Program-made: the position numbers and the translations under genes | The notes under the pieces: model-generated | What the model saw: the letters and a program-made list of their open reading frames with translations, nothing else | Databases searched by the model: none | What the model was told of the DNA's origin: nothing | From: Planctomycetota bacterium | Lineage (GTDB): Bacteria > Planctomycetota > UBA8108 > UBA1146 | Assembly: GCA_036338595.1 (NCBI GenBank) | Contig: JAYZBV010000072.1 | Coordinates: 11,686-75,685, forward strand | DNA length: 64,000 bases | Direction: 5' to 3' | Shown: piece after piece, positions 18,630 through 28,103 of the stretch | Layout: the number at the start of each line of letters is the position of its first letter | Numbering within the stretch: the stretch's first letter is position 1

Positions 18630-20399
18630 ATGAGCAACTCCGACCAGAGACCCACGGAACAACCGACGCCATCGGGCACCAAGCAACCCCTGCCGAGATG
18701 GGTGTTTCTTGTCGCAGTGTTGCTCGCTTCCCTCGCAGCATCCCAGTTCCTGATCCGTAGCTGGGCGCTGGTCGGATTCCCCCAGGAGATCCGCTACGGC
18801 GAGGCGGTCGTGCTCGATCAGGCACGCAGGGTGATGGCTGAGCCAGGCCTCTACCCCGAGATGGGCAAGGAGCCGTGGCTTCTCGACCAGTACGCACCCT
18901 TCTATCCATTTCTGGCTCACCTCACCGGAAAATTCGCCTCGTCACCCTTCGGTGGGGGGCGAGCCATCTCGTTGCTGGCGACTCTCCTCTCCGCCGTGAT
19001 GCTGACGCTGATCGTGCGCAGATCATCGGGCCTGGCAGCTGGACTCCTCTGTGGGGCAGCGATGCTGACGATGATGGAGTTTCTTCGCTTCGGGTTCTTG
19101 ATGAGGGTCGATCCCCTCGCATTGTCGCTGGCGATGGTCGGAGTCTGGTGCAACCTGCAGCAGAAAACACCGGTGAGAATCCTCGGCGCGGCGGCTTTCT
19201 TTATTGCCGTCTATACCCGCCAGACGACGGTGGCACTACTTCTGGTGAGTTACATTCAGATGTGGCGGCAGGAGGGCCGAGGGGCGCTCCGTTGGCCCTT
19301 CTCATTGCTTGCGGTGGGGCTGCTCTTCTATGGTTTTCTTGTGGCGGCCACCGACGGTGCATTTCATCAGCACGCCGTGATGTCGAATCTGTTTCGCTTC
19401 GAGTGGGCAGAGGGACTGAAGAAAGCATTTTCTGGTTTCATGCCCTGGAGAGCACCACTCTTCATCGGCATCTTCCTGGCATTGATCCCCGGCCCTGAAT
19501 CGGGAGGAACCCGATCTGGAAGGCCCCGCACCATCGGATTCCTGGCGATGGGACTGGCGCTGGGGTGCTGTGTCCCGGCGCTGAAGCAGTTCCTGGTGCC
19601 TGGCAGCGATCCGACCGTGCTCCACTGGATCCTGTACGGACATGTTGTGCTGCTTGCCTATGCCGCCTGGATCACCATTCGCAGCGACGTCGGCAAGCTG
19701 GATGGCAGCAAGATCGATGGAATCCGGATCCTGATGGCTCTCGCATCGATGACCTTGATCGGGCGCATCGGTTCCGACCTGAACTACCTGTTCGAGGCGG
19801 GGATCCTGATGCTGCTGGTATGTGGAGAAGCGATGGGAAGGGTGGTACCACGGCGGGCTCTGATCATCTCATCGTTGCTGGCGATCCAGGTGCTGGGCGG
19901 TTTCTATCTCAGTGGTCTGCAGCTGGAGTTTCAGCCGGAGCGATTGCTGGAGATGAAGGAGCGCCATCGCATCACCGATCATCTCGAAGCGTATCCCGAC
20001 CCGGTCCTCAGCGAGGAGCCATGGGCACTGGCACAAACTGGAAGACCTCTGGTGCTGGGGCCCTACACCGCAAGACAGATGTACGACATAGGCTTGTGGG
20101 ACGGCAAGGACCTGATCGCAGCTCTCGATGCCCAGAGATATTCCGCCATCGTTCGTGCCAAGCAGAGAAGCTGGGCAGGTGTGGAGCGTGACGAAAGTGG
20201 ACATGTCATCATCGCTGCGGACGGACTGCCGGTGCCGTACTTTGGCCCCTGGACCTTCAACTCGGTCAGGTCGTTACCACAGGAGATCCAGCAAGCGATC
20301 GAGAGGAACTATCAGCAAGCACCGGGGACCACCATGATCGAGAGGGTGACGAAGTACTTTCTCGAAGGAAGAGAGATCTGGGTACCGATCCCTCGCTGA
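18630..20399 (+). CDS. Polytopic membrane glycosyltransferase, GT-C fold (ArnT/PMT-like)
   Basis: About 11-13 TM helices; first loop EIRYGEA...YAPFYP; GRAISLLA; MRVDPLA; TRQT; soluble C-terminal domain. Confidence 0.7.
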   Translation: MSNSDQRPTEQPTPSGTKQPLPRWVFLVAVLLASLAASQFLIRSWALVGFPQEIRYGEAVVLDQARRVMAEPGLYPEMGKEPWLLDQYAPFYPFLAHLTGKFASSPFGGGRAISLLATLLSAVMLTLIVRRSSGLAAGLLCGAAMLTMMEFLRFGFLMRVDPLALSLAMVGVWCNLQQKTPVRILGAAAFFIAVYTRQTTVALLLVSYIQMWRQEGRGALRWPFSLLAVGLLFYGFLVAATDGAFHQHAVMSNLFRFEWAEGLKKAFSGFMPWRAPLFIGIFLALIPGPESGGTRSGRPRTIGFLAMGLALGCCVPALKQFLVPGSDPTVLHWILYGHVVLLAYAAWITIRSDVGKLDGSKIDGIRILMALASMTLIGRIGSDLNYLFEAGILMLLVCGEAMGRVVPRRALIISSLLAIQVLGGFYLSGLQLEFQPERLLEMKERHRITDHLEAYPDPVLSEEPWALAQTGRPLVLGPYTARQMYDIGLWDGKDLIAALDAQRYSAIVRAKQRSWAGVERDESGHVIIAADGLPVPYFGPWTFNSVRSLPQEIQQAIERNYQQAPGTTMIERVTKYFLEGREIWVPIPR

Positions 20400-20455
20400 T
20401 TCAGGAATCAGTCGAGGAACAGTTGTGGCTGCACGGTGGGGGTGCAGGAAAAAAG

Positions 20456-20553
20456 TGGCGGGGGTGCATCGGAATCGAACCGACCTACGACGTTGTTCGC
20501 GCCGCACCATGGGTTTGAAGCCCAGGAGGCCCACCAGGTGCCCATTCACCCCC
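20456..20553 (-). tRNA. selC: tRNA-Sec (anticodon UCA)
   Basis: Reverse complement GGGGGTGAATGGGCACCTGGTGGGCCTCCTGGGCTTCAAACCCATGG...GGTCGGTTCGATTCCGATGCACCCCCGCCA: CTTCAAA anticodon loop, extended acceptor stem, long variable arm; lies downstream of selD and selA. Confidence 0.95.
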
Positions 20554-20618
20554 GACGGACCTGAGAGTGTCCCAATTCATGCACGCGGGATCAAGTTGCT
20601 CGGTGATGTTACCGGAGA

Positions 20619-21671
20619 TTACCCCAGTATTCGCACGCGGGTGGAACCCTCAGCAGGTCTCACCTCACCGATGATGCAGTGTCTCTGGACACTCTCTCGT
20701 TCCATCGTCTCTGCAAGAGCCCCGACGTTTTCAGGCGAGATGGCCATCAGTAGGCCTCCAGAAGTTTCTGAATCGAGAGCCAGATTGAGCAGGTGCGACG
20801 GTACATCACCGGACAATTGCAGATGATCAGCGAGGTGGGCGCGGTTTCGTTTCGAGCCACCGGAGACCAGTTCCCTGCGAGCAAGATCTTCGGCTCCCGG
20901 CAGGATCGGCAGATCTGAAGCGACGATCTCCAGGGTCACGCCGCTGGCAGCGGCCATCTCGGCGGCGTGTCCACAAAGACCGAAGCCCGTGACATCGGTG
21001 ACGGAATGTGCATCGAGTGCCTTCGCAACCTCTGCTGCAGCAGCGTTGAGGGTAGACATCGAGATGGTGGCAGCGCTCAGCACATCTGCATCCACCTGGC
21101 CCTTGTTGAGAGCAGTGCTCACGGTTCCTGTCCCCAGGGCTTTGGTGAGCACCAGGATGTCTCCGGCGCGGGCACCTCCGTTGGTGAGGATCTTCGCAGG
21201 ATCGATGGTGCCGGTCACGGCGAGTCCATATTTCACCTCGGAGTCGCGGACACTATGTCCGCCCAGCAACGCGCAATTGGCCTCCACCATCTTCTCTGCT
21301 CCCCCGGCGAGGATCTCACCGAGCAGGGACATCGGAAGTTCCTGAGGGAATCCCACGATGTTGAGCGCACTCAGCGGAGATCCACCCATGGCGTAGATGT
21401 CCGACAGGCTGTTGGCTGCTGCGATACGGCCAAAATCCCCGGGATCGTCGACGATGGGCGGAAAGAAATCGACGGTCTGGACGATGCAGTGATCGGTCCC
21501 GGGAATCTGGATGACACCCGCGTCATCCAGGGTGTCTGGACCGTGGAGAACCTCGGAGCGTGTCGGTACCTGCAGGCTGGAGAGGACCTCGACCAGGTCC
21601 CCCGGAGAGAGCTTTGACGCTCAGCCAGCACAGGATGCGTATTGAGTGAGTCGAATCGGTGCTTCAGACAC
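20619..21671 (-). CDS. selD: Selenide, water dikinase (selenophosphate synthetase), a selenoprotein with UGA at codon 17
   Basis: GGAAGGAG RBS and GTG start at 21671 give MSEAPIRLTQYASCAG-TGA-ASKLSPGDL...DDAGV...QTVDFFPP...ANSLSDIYAMGG, in frame with ORF 20619..21389 (GGHS, TDVTGFGL, DSETSGGLL). Confidence 0.95.
21581..21603 (-). promoter_or_regulatory. Candidate bacterial SECIS element of selD
   Basis: On the minus strand, 17 nt after the UGA: GGGGGACCT-GGTCG-AGGTCCTCT, a 9-bp stem (two G-U pairs) with a G-initiated loop starting 26 nt after UGA. Confidence 0.6.
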
Positions 21672-21727
21672 TGGTGCTGCTCCTTCCCGGTTGAGGGAGG
21701 ATCACACCACATGAGGATGCCGTCAAG

Positions 21728-23137
21728 TCAGGCTCCCGATGCGATCTCAGCAATTCGTGCCGCGATCAGGTCTACCTCGTCATCCGAGATGGTTCTCACA
21801 TCGAGAATTACCGAATCATCGTGAATGGTAGGAAGTACCGCCGGGTCTCCGGTTCTCAATCTCCTGGCCAGATCCTCCGCCGACCAGCCAGACAGTGTCA
21901 CCTGGGTGGCACGACTTTCGATCGGCCGCCCGGGCAATGAACCGCTACCGGCATAGCCGTCGTGTGAAAGTGGTTTTACAGTCGCGCCGGGGATGGCGCC
22001 GATACTCTCGACCAGTCGAGCCTGGCGCGTTTCCAGTTGCTCCGTGGTTGCCAGAACCCGCTGCAGTGCGGGGATTCGTGCGATCGCTTCTTCCTCGCCA
22101 CGCAGGTAGATACGCAGAGTCTCCTCCAGTGCGATGTAAGTCATCCTGCCAGGCCTCAGTGCGCGGTACAGCGGGTGTTTTCGACAGCGCTCGACCAGGT
22201 CGGCGGATCCCACGATGATTCCCGCTTGCGGACCTCCAAGCAGTTTGTCGCCACTGAAGCAGACCAGGCCGCAGCCGTGGGAAATGCTCTCGCGAACATA
22301 CGATTCGCCTGTCAAGCCTCGTGCAGCGAGATCGACCATGCACCCCGATCCCATGTCATGGACCACGGGGACACCGTGTTTTCGCCCAATTTCACACAGA
22401 TCCTTGATGGTCGTCTCTTCGGTAAAACCAACCACGCGATAATTGGAGGTGTGCACCTTGAGAATCATCGCTGATTCCGAGTGGCACGATTCGTCGTAAT
22501 CGGCGGCGCGTGTCCTGTTGGTGGTGCCGACGGCACACAACTTGGCGCCTCCCTGCTCCATGATGTCGGGAACACGGAAGGAACCGCCGATTTCTACCAG
22601 CTCACCGTGGGAGACGAGAACTTCCTTTCCCTTTGCAAGAGCAGAGAGTAGCAGCAGCGTTGCACCGGCGTTGTTGTTGACGACGGTTGCATCTTCTGCG
22701 CCTGTGAGTTCCTTCAGGAGCGTTGCCGCCCCTTCATCCCTGCCGCCCCGCTCTCCGCTCTCGAGGTCGACCTCGACGCGGACAGGGTGTCTGAGCGTCT
22801 CCACCAGAGCATCTGCCACATCTGGTGGCAGCGGGGCTCGACCCAGTCCCGTATGAAGAACAACTCCTGTCGCATTCACAACGCGTCTGTAATAGGGCTG
22901 GTTGCGTTGCTCGAGGCGAGCGTCGAGGGTCAGGACGATGTTGTCCTCCTCGAGCTCGGCAGCATCTACTTCTCCATTGAGTGCTCGGGCACGTAGCGAG
23001 TCGAAGAGAGATCTGCACTCGGAAAGTACCAGTGCACGGGAATGGCGAGCACAGAGTGCGCACACATCTTCTCGTTGCAGCAGCCGATCGATCTGTGGCA
23101 ACCGTCGGAGCAGTTCACCGGTGTCGGGGCGGTTCAT
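21728..23137 (-). CDS. selA: L-seryl-tRNA(Sec) selenium transferase
   Basis: RVVNATGVVLHTGLGRAP, VVNNNA, GELVEIGGSFR, VHTSNY, FSGDKLLGGPQAG (PLP lysine). Confidence 0.97.
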   Translation of the reverse strand: MNRPDTGELLRRLPQIDRLLQREDVCALCARHSRALVLSECRSLFDSLRARALNGEVDAAELEEDNIVLTLDARLEQRNQPYYRRVVNATGVVLHTGLGRAPLPPDVADALVETLRHPVRVEVDLESGERGGRDEGAATLLKELTGAEDATVVNNNAGATLLLLSALAKGKEVLVSHGELVEIGGSFRVPDIMEQGGAKLCAVGTTNRTRAADYDESCHSESAMILKVHTSNYRVVGFTEETTIKDLCEIGRKHGVPVVHDMGSGCMVDLAARGLTGESYVRESISHGCGLVCFSGDKLLGGPQAGIIVGSADLVERCRKHPLYRALRPGRMTYIALEETLRIYLRGEEEAIARIPALQRVLATTEQLETRQARLVESIGAIPGATVKPLSHDGYAGSGSLPGRPIESRATQVTLSGWSAEDLARRLRTGDPAVLPTIHDDSVILDVRTISDDEVDLIAARIAEIASGA

Positions 23138-24213
23138 CGAGGACCGTCCTGAGATTTTTCAATGTCCTGTTCAGAGAGGGCTGAGTGTCGAGCCTGGACC
23201 ACGGCCGCGTCACCGACAGAAATCAGTTCGATGCGAGCTTTCAGGTTCAGGTAGGCAAACGGTAACATCCCCTCGATCAGCACAGGACGTCCCGATTGCG
23301 AGTCGAACCAGACGCGCAGTGTGCCGTGAATCCCGAACAGCCCTTCAAACCGCTTCTTCTCGTTCCCGTCGCTGGGAATCGGATTGAGTGCCATCTCGAA
23401 GGCATCGTAGTCGCCCTCCTTGACCGAGATCTGTTGCCTGCTCTGGGGTTGGACCTGCACATACCAGCGAGAGTCGTCATTGACGACTGGAATCGTCATT
23501 GGTTCATCTCCTGCAGGGAACTTTGCGGTTCTGGCGACATAGATTGCGGTCAGGAGATCTACATACGGTTCCTCTACCTCGTGATCCTTGACATGAAGCC
23601 AGGTCTCGTGAAGGGCGATCTCGCACTCCTTGTTGGCACAATGAACTTGCTTGGTTCCCCAGGGAATGGGACCTTTCCATGCCACCTCGGAGACGAAGTG
23701 ATCCTGGTCCTCGCATCCATCCAATCGGCAGTGAGACCGCTTTGAGAAAGCGATCTTGTTTTCATCAAAGATCAATTTCTTGGTGTGGTGCTCGGTTCCT
23801 CGCTGAGTATTCATGAAACTGATGGGCTGCTTTCCACCGGCTTTCATCGTGCTGACGATCCGTTGATCGATGGAATAACCAAACCTCTGTCCGCGGCCTC
23901 GAGCGTGCAGGATCTTTCTGGAATCCGAATCCTCCCAGGTGGCCAGTTCCAGGTAGCCGACGAGAACGCTGGCGCCTTGCCATTCGACGGTGGCCAGGAA
24001 TAACAACCTCTCTCCGAGTGGCAGAGCGGAGGGGACGATCTGTGCCAGATCCTCGATGGCGACGCCGGGCACCTGGCTCGAGACAGCTTCCGGAGATTCC
24101 TGAGGGGGTTGGAGTGGGTCATCCGCGCCCGGGACCTGCTGGAGAGGAGCCTGAGGAGGCTCTCCAGCCTGTACTGCCACGAGCAGTAGTGCGGTCAAGA
24201 AACCGGATACCAT
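23134..24213 (-). CDS. Exported DUF3108-like protein with a His/Cys-rich insertion (start uncertain, 24213-24309)
   Basis: Signal-like MVSGFLTALLLVAVQA, Pro-rich linker, PLGERLLF, ISVKEGDYDA, GTLRVWF...PVLI, typical of the DUF3108 beta-fold; ATGA overlap with selA. Confidence 0.55.
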   Translation of the reverse strand: MVSGFLTALLLVAVQAGEPPQAPLQQVPGADDPLQPPQESPEAVSSQVPGVAIEDLAQIVPSALPLGERLLFLATVEWQGASVLVGYLELATWEDSDSRKILHARGRGQRFGYSIDQRIVSTMKAGGKQPISFMNTQRGTEHHTKKLIFDENKIAFSKRSHCRLDGCEDQDHFVSEVAWKGPIPWGTKQVHCANKECEIALHETWLHVKDHEVEEPYVDLLTAIYVARTAKFPAGDEPMTIPVVNDDSRWYVQVQPQSRQQISVKEGDYDAFEMALNPIPSDGNEKKRFEGLFGIHGTLRVWFDSQSGRPVLIEGMLPFAYLNLKARIELISVGDAAVVQARHSALSEQDIEKSQDGPR

Positions 24214-24587
24214 TGTCACTCCCAACGCAAAGACGCAGCCCATCGGCACCACAGTCGGCCAACGGTCCCCCCTGCCACCGATGGTATACCTCAGTCTTGT
24301 TCTTGCCAACGCCAGAACCCCCCATCCGGGTTCCTGCCTGACTATCCTTGATTTCCCCTTGGGAATCTTCCCCTCAATCGGTTCCCACGTCCTCTCTGAA
24401 CTCCCATACTGGCTCGACCTCGAGGAGGCGTTTTCCGCGGGGTTGTGCAGGATCCGCGGTGGTCCTGCTATTCATTGCGGGGGTGGAGTTTCGACGAGCG
24501 GTGAGCGATGTCTCATTTCTCGTCGGTGATCTCTGGTCCCAATTTTTCCGGTGTGGAGCAGTAGTACACTCGCAGAAAGGGGTACAC

Positions 24588-24857
24588 ATGAACAAGGCCG
24601 AACTCGTTGGCGCCGTTCAAAAGAGTCTCGATGAATCCAAGGCAGGTGCCGAGCGTGCAGTGAATGCAGTGATCGATGCCATCAAGACCGGCGTCAAGAA
24701 GGACAAGTCGGTGCAGGTTGTCGGATTCGGAACTTTCAGCGTTCGCAAGCGTGCAGCTCGTGATGGCCGTAATCCTCAGACCGGAGAGACCATCAAGATC
24801 AAAGCTTCCCGCAGTGTTGCCTTCAAGCCTTCCAAGACCTTCAAGGATATGGTCTAG
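24588..24857 (+). CDS. hup: HU DNA-binding protein
   Basis: MNKAELV...VQVVGFGTFSVRKRAARDGRNPQTGETIKIKAS..VAFKPSK. Confidence 0.97.
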   Translation: MNKAELVGAVQKSLDESKAGAERAVNAVIDAIKTGVKKDKSVQVVGFGTFSVRKRAARDGRNPQTGETIKIKASRSVAFKPSKTFKDMV

Positions 24858-24886
24858 GCGACAGGTCTGATTCAAGACGGATGATT

Positions 24887-24925
24887 TCGGGTGTGCCTCG
24901 TTCGCGAGGCACACCCGATTTCTTT
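24887..24925 (+). terminator. Intrinsic terminator after hup, between the convergent hup and priA genes
   Basis: Perfect 14-bp stem TCGGGTGTGCCTCG/CGAGGCACACCCGA, TTCG loop, followed by TTTCTTT. Confidence 0.9.
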
Positions 24926-24929
24926 ACTG

Positions 24930-27146
24930 CTATAAGAGGTTCTGCGGGTCGATGTCGAGGATGATCCGGGTAGAGGCCCATCTCGGTTTTCCTGCCTGCG
25001 CAGTACTGGCGACCTCACGCAGTGGTCCGCGTTCAGCACTCTTGATCAGCAGGTGCTGACGAAACCTGCCGCGCAAGCGCTCGAGCGGTGCGGGTGCTGG
25101 TCCGAGAATCTCGACTCCTGGATGATTCATGCTCTTCATCATCTCGGCCATCGACATGGCACTCTCCATCGCCCGCTTCTCATCTTCGTCCTCGCACAGC
25201 AGCCGAGCCAGATGGCCATGGGGGGGATACTTCAGCATCTTCCTGATGGAATCTTCCTCTTCGAGGAGGCCGTCCAGATCCTGACGGGCAGCGCAACACA
25301 GCGCGTAGTGCTCCGGCTGCCTGGTCTGGAGAACGACATGTCCCGGTAAATCTCCTCTTCCCGCTCTCCCTGCTACCTGGCAGAGCAGTTGTGCGGTTCT
25401 CTCTGCGGAGCGGAAGTCGGGCAGCCCCAGTGCGATATCCGCATCGAGGACTCCTACCAGCGTGACCCCGGGAATGTCATGTCCCTTGGCGACCATCTGG
25501 GTGCCGACCAGGATCTGTGTCTCCCCATCTCTGAACCGTCGCAGGATCGCCTCCATCCGTGAGGAACTGGTCACGGTATCGCGGTCGAGGCGGTCGACCG
25601 TTACGCCAGGGAACAGCGATTTGAGGGAGTCCTCGATCCTCTCCGTTCCGGGCGATCGTTGCTGAATTCCTGGGAACTGGCAGTCGGGACACTGCGCAGG
25701 GATCGGCCGATGCTCACCGCAGTAGTTGCACTGGGAGCGCGACTTTCCCTTGTGGTAGGTCAGAGGAATATCGCATTGATGGCAACGCAGGCCAAATCCG
25801 CAGCGAGGACAGTGAATGTTGCGAGCGAAACCCCTTCGGTTGAGGAAGAGCAGCACCTGTTCATCTCGTGCAAGAGTGGTGCGGATTCTATCGATGAGAG
25901 GAATGGAAAGCAGTCCGCCTCCACCCACAGATTTTGACTCTGCTCGGCGGTCGATCACCTCGATGGTGGCCAGAGGCCTGCCATTGGCACGCTCATCCAG
26001 TCGAAGTCGTTCGAATCTGCCTCGCCGTACATTTTCCAGCGATTCCATCGATGGCGTTGCCGAACCGAGCACACAGGGTACGCCGAGCATATGAGCACGC
26101 ATCACTGCAACATCTCGTGCGTGATAGCGCGGCGAGTTCTCCTGTTTGTATGAAGATTCATGAGACTCGTCGACGATGATGATCCCGAGATCAGGCACGG
26201 GTGCAAAGACCGCACTTCGCGCACCCAGCGCAATCTTCACCTCTCCTTGTCGGAGTCTTTCGTAATGCACTGCTCGCTCGGTATCGGGGAGCATCGAGTG
26301 CAAGATGGCTACGGGACCCAGGCGTTGTGTGAATCGTTCAACCGCCTGAGGCGTCAGGGCGATCTCCGGCAACAAGACCAGCGCGCCGCGTCCCATCTCG
26401 AGCGCTCGCTGGACGCATCGGATGTAGACTTCAGTCTTGCCGCTGCCGGTGACACCGTGAAGGAGGTAGGTCTGGTACTCCTCTTTGGACACCGAGGTGC
26501 AGATCTTCTCGACGGCATCGATCTGCTGCTGATTCGGATCAAAGGTGGGAGAGATCAGGTCGGTGGTCGATCCGTTGTCTTCACGGCCAGGAATGCCAAA
26601 CTCGGGGGGGAGAGCATCAAAGATCTCGACAAGACCCCTACGAGCGAGAGTTTTCACGGGGCTGTCGCTGACGGAGCACTCGTCGACCAGCCTTCGCATC
26701 TGGATGGGCGTAGCGGATTGACGCAGGTGGCCGAGCACCTTCTTGCGCGCCTCCGGGACCTCTGCGGTCAACTCGAAAGATCTTCCCTCGGGGGTCAGTT
26801 TGACCCAGTGAACCGTTCGTACCCGACGGGTGCGCACCGGCCTGGGGAGTGCACACTCGATCACCTCTCCGATGCCACAGAGGTAGTAATCTGCAGTCCA
26901 TTTCAACAGTTCGAGCAGCTCTTCCGGAATTTCTGCACCTTGAGCCACGATTCCATCGATTTCGCGAAGCCTGGGATGGGGGGAGTGGTCGGTCAGTTCG
27001 ACGACCCAGCCGTGTCGCTTGGTGGGCCCGAATGGGACAAGGACCTGGACGCCGGGTCGGATCTTGTCCTTCAGTGAATCGGGGATCCGGTAATCAAAGG
27101 GCGGGTGAAGGGGGATGGGGACTGCCACGCGTGCGATGCTGGTCAT
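24930..27146 (-). CDS. priA: Primosomal protein N' (replication restart helicase)
   Basis: FDYRIP, VPFG, GVTGSGKTEVY, LPEIALTPQ, DESHE, LNRRGF, four CxxC Zn motifs, GTQMVAKGHD, QVAGRAGR; start MTSIARVAV at 27146. Confidence 0.97.
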   Translation of the reverse strand: MTSIARVAVPIPLHPPFDYRIPDSLKDKIRPGVQVLVPFGPTKRHGWVVELTDHSPHPRLREIDGIVAQGAEIPEELLELLKWTADYYLCGIGEVIECALPRPVRTRRVRTVHWVKLTPEGRSFELTAEVPEARKKVLGHLRQSATPIQMRRLVDECSVSDSPVKTLARRGLVEIFDALPPEFGIPGREDNGSTTDLISPTFDPNQQQIDAVEKICTSVSKEEYQTYLLHGVTGSGKTEVYIRCVQRALEMGRGALVLLPEIALTPQAVERFTQRLGPVAILHSMLPDTERAVHYERLRQGEVKIALGARSAVFAPVPDLGIIIVDESHESSYKQENSPRYHARDVAVMRAHMLGVPCVLGSATPSMESLENVRRGRFERLRLDERANGRPLATIEVIDRRAESKSVGGGGLLSIPLIDRIRTTLARDEQVLLFLNRRGFARNIHCPRCGFGLRCHQCDIPLTYHKGKSRSQCNYCGEHRPIPAQCPDCQFPGIQQRSPGTERIEDSLKSLFPGVTVDRLDRDTVTSSSRMEAILRRFRDGETQILVGTQMVAKGHDIPGVTLVGVLDADIALGLPDFRSAERTAQLLCQVAGRAGRGDLPGHVVLQTRQPEHYALCCAARQDLDGLLEEEDSIRKMLKYPPHGHLARLLCEDEDEKRAMESAMSMAEMMKSMNHPGVEILGPAPAPLERLRGRFRQHLLIKSAERGPLREVASTAQAGKPRWASTRIILDIDPQNLL

Positions 27147-27335
27147 CTGACAATCTTCCCTTCCTTCAGAGCTGAATTCCTCGGCAATTTCCAGTCGTAT
27201 CGTCACCGATGACAGATACTTGCGGCAAGGGGGCAGGGTTTCCTTGAGAAGCGAGGCCCGGCACGAGATGATGACAGGCTGGCGATTCCCGCTCCCGATC
27301 GGGCGGGAGCGCAGTGGCAGCACTGGAGACTCAGC

Positions 27336-28103
27336 ATGAGCCAAGAGACCGCGACACCAAAGGACTGGTACCTCGACGCCTTCAGGGCGGAGTACCTGGA
27401 GGTCTATCCGTGGCGCGATCAGGCTTCTGCGGAGCAAGAGGTCGATCGCGCCATCGAATGGCTCTCGGTCTCCCCTCAGGATCGAGTTCTCGACCTCTGT
27501 TGTGGCGCTGGTCGGCACAGCCACTGGATGAAAAACAGCTGCTCGCAGCTCTATTCCCTCGATCTGTCGCAGAGCCTGCTGAATCAGGCTCGCTCGCAAC
27601 TGGGAGATGATGCGGCGCTGGTGAGAGCCGATGTTCGTACCCTCCCCTTTGCAGATTCCAGTTTTGACCAGGTGCTGATGTTCTTCACTTCATTTGGCTA
27701 TTTCGACTCCGATGAAGAAAATGGGTCGGTGCTGAAGGAGGTGGCGAGGGTGGTCCGGGTCGATGGTGGGCTGCTTCTCGATCTGCCCGATAGAGATTCA
27801 ACCATCGATGGCCTGGTTGCGACCAGTCACCGAAGCGAGGGGGATCTATCGATCGAGGAACATCGTTCTCTCTCCGTCGATGGCAAGCGGGTCGAGAAGT
27901 CGGTTGTACTTGAGCGCAGTGGGAATGAGCGTCGGTACATCGAATCGGTTCGGCTGTATCATCTGGATGAGATGGAGACGCTTTTGAATCAGGCTGGTTG
28001 GAAGATCTCAAGTTGCCACGGCGACTGGCAAGGGGGTCGTTACATCAGCGGAGAAACTCCTCGCATGATCTTGGTGGCCAGGCGACAGGATGAAGATCGA
28101 TGA
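27336..28103 (+). CDS. Class I SAM-dependent methyltransferase, candidate bacillithiol N-methyltransferase
   Basis: VLDLCCGAGRH, RADVRTLPF, FTSFGYF; N-terminal WY..F...YL.VY..RD; translationally coupled to bshC. Confidence 0.85.
   Translation: MSQETATPKDWYLDAFRAEYLEVYPWRDQASAEQEVDRAIEWLSVSPQDRVLDLCCGAGRHSHWMKNSCSQLYSLDLSQSLLNQARSQLGDDAALVRADVRTLPFADSSFDQVLMFFTSFGYFDSDEENGSVLKEVARVVRVDGGLLLDLPDRDSTIDGLVATSHRSEGDLSIEEHRSLSVDGKRVEKSVVLERSGNERRYIESVRLYHLDEMETLLNQAGWKISSCHGDWQGGRYISGETPRMILVARRQDEDR

Noticed and set aside
20435..20468. 11/12-bp copy of the selC 3' end (GGTGGGGGTGCA vs GGCGGGGGTGCA) 22 bp downstream, as a possible att scar
   Set aside because: Too short and G-rich; also explained by a small local hairpin (CTGCAC/GTGCAG).
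3097..20553. Export cluster as a tRNA-anchored genomic island (it lies between tRNA-Ser and the 3' end of selC)
   Set aside because: No integrase or transposase, no distant duplicate of either tRNA 3' end found by eye, and no obvious compositional break.
21621..21623. selD as a pseudogene with a premature stop
   Set aside because: The UGA sits at the catalytic Cys/Sec position, with selA, selC and a SECIS-like hairpin adjacent.
27147..27599. N-terminal extension of PriA
   Set aside because: Overlaps the divergent methyltransferase; PriA homology and an RBS begin at 27146.
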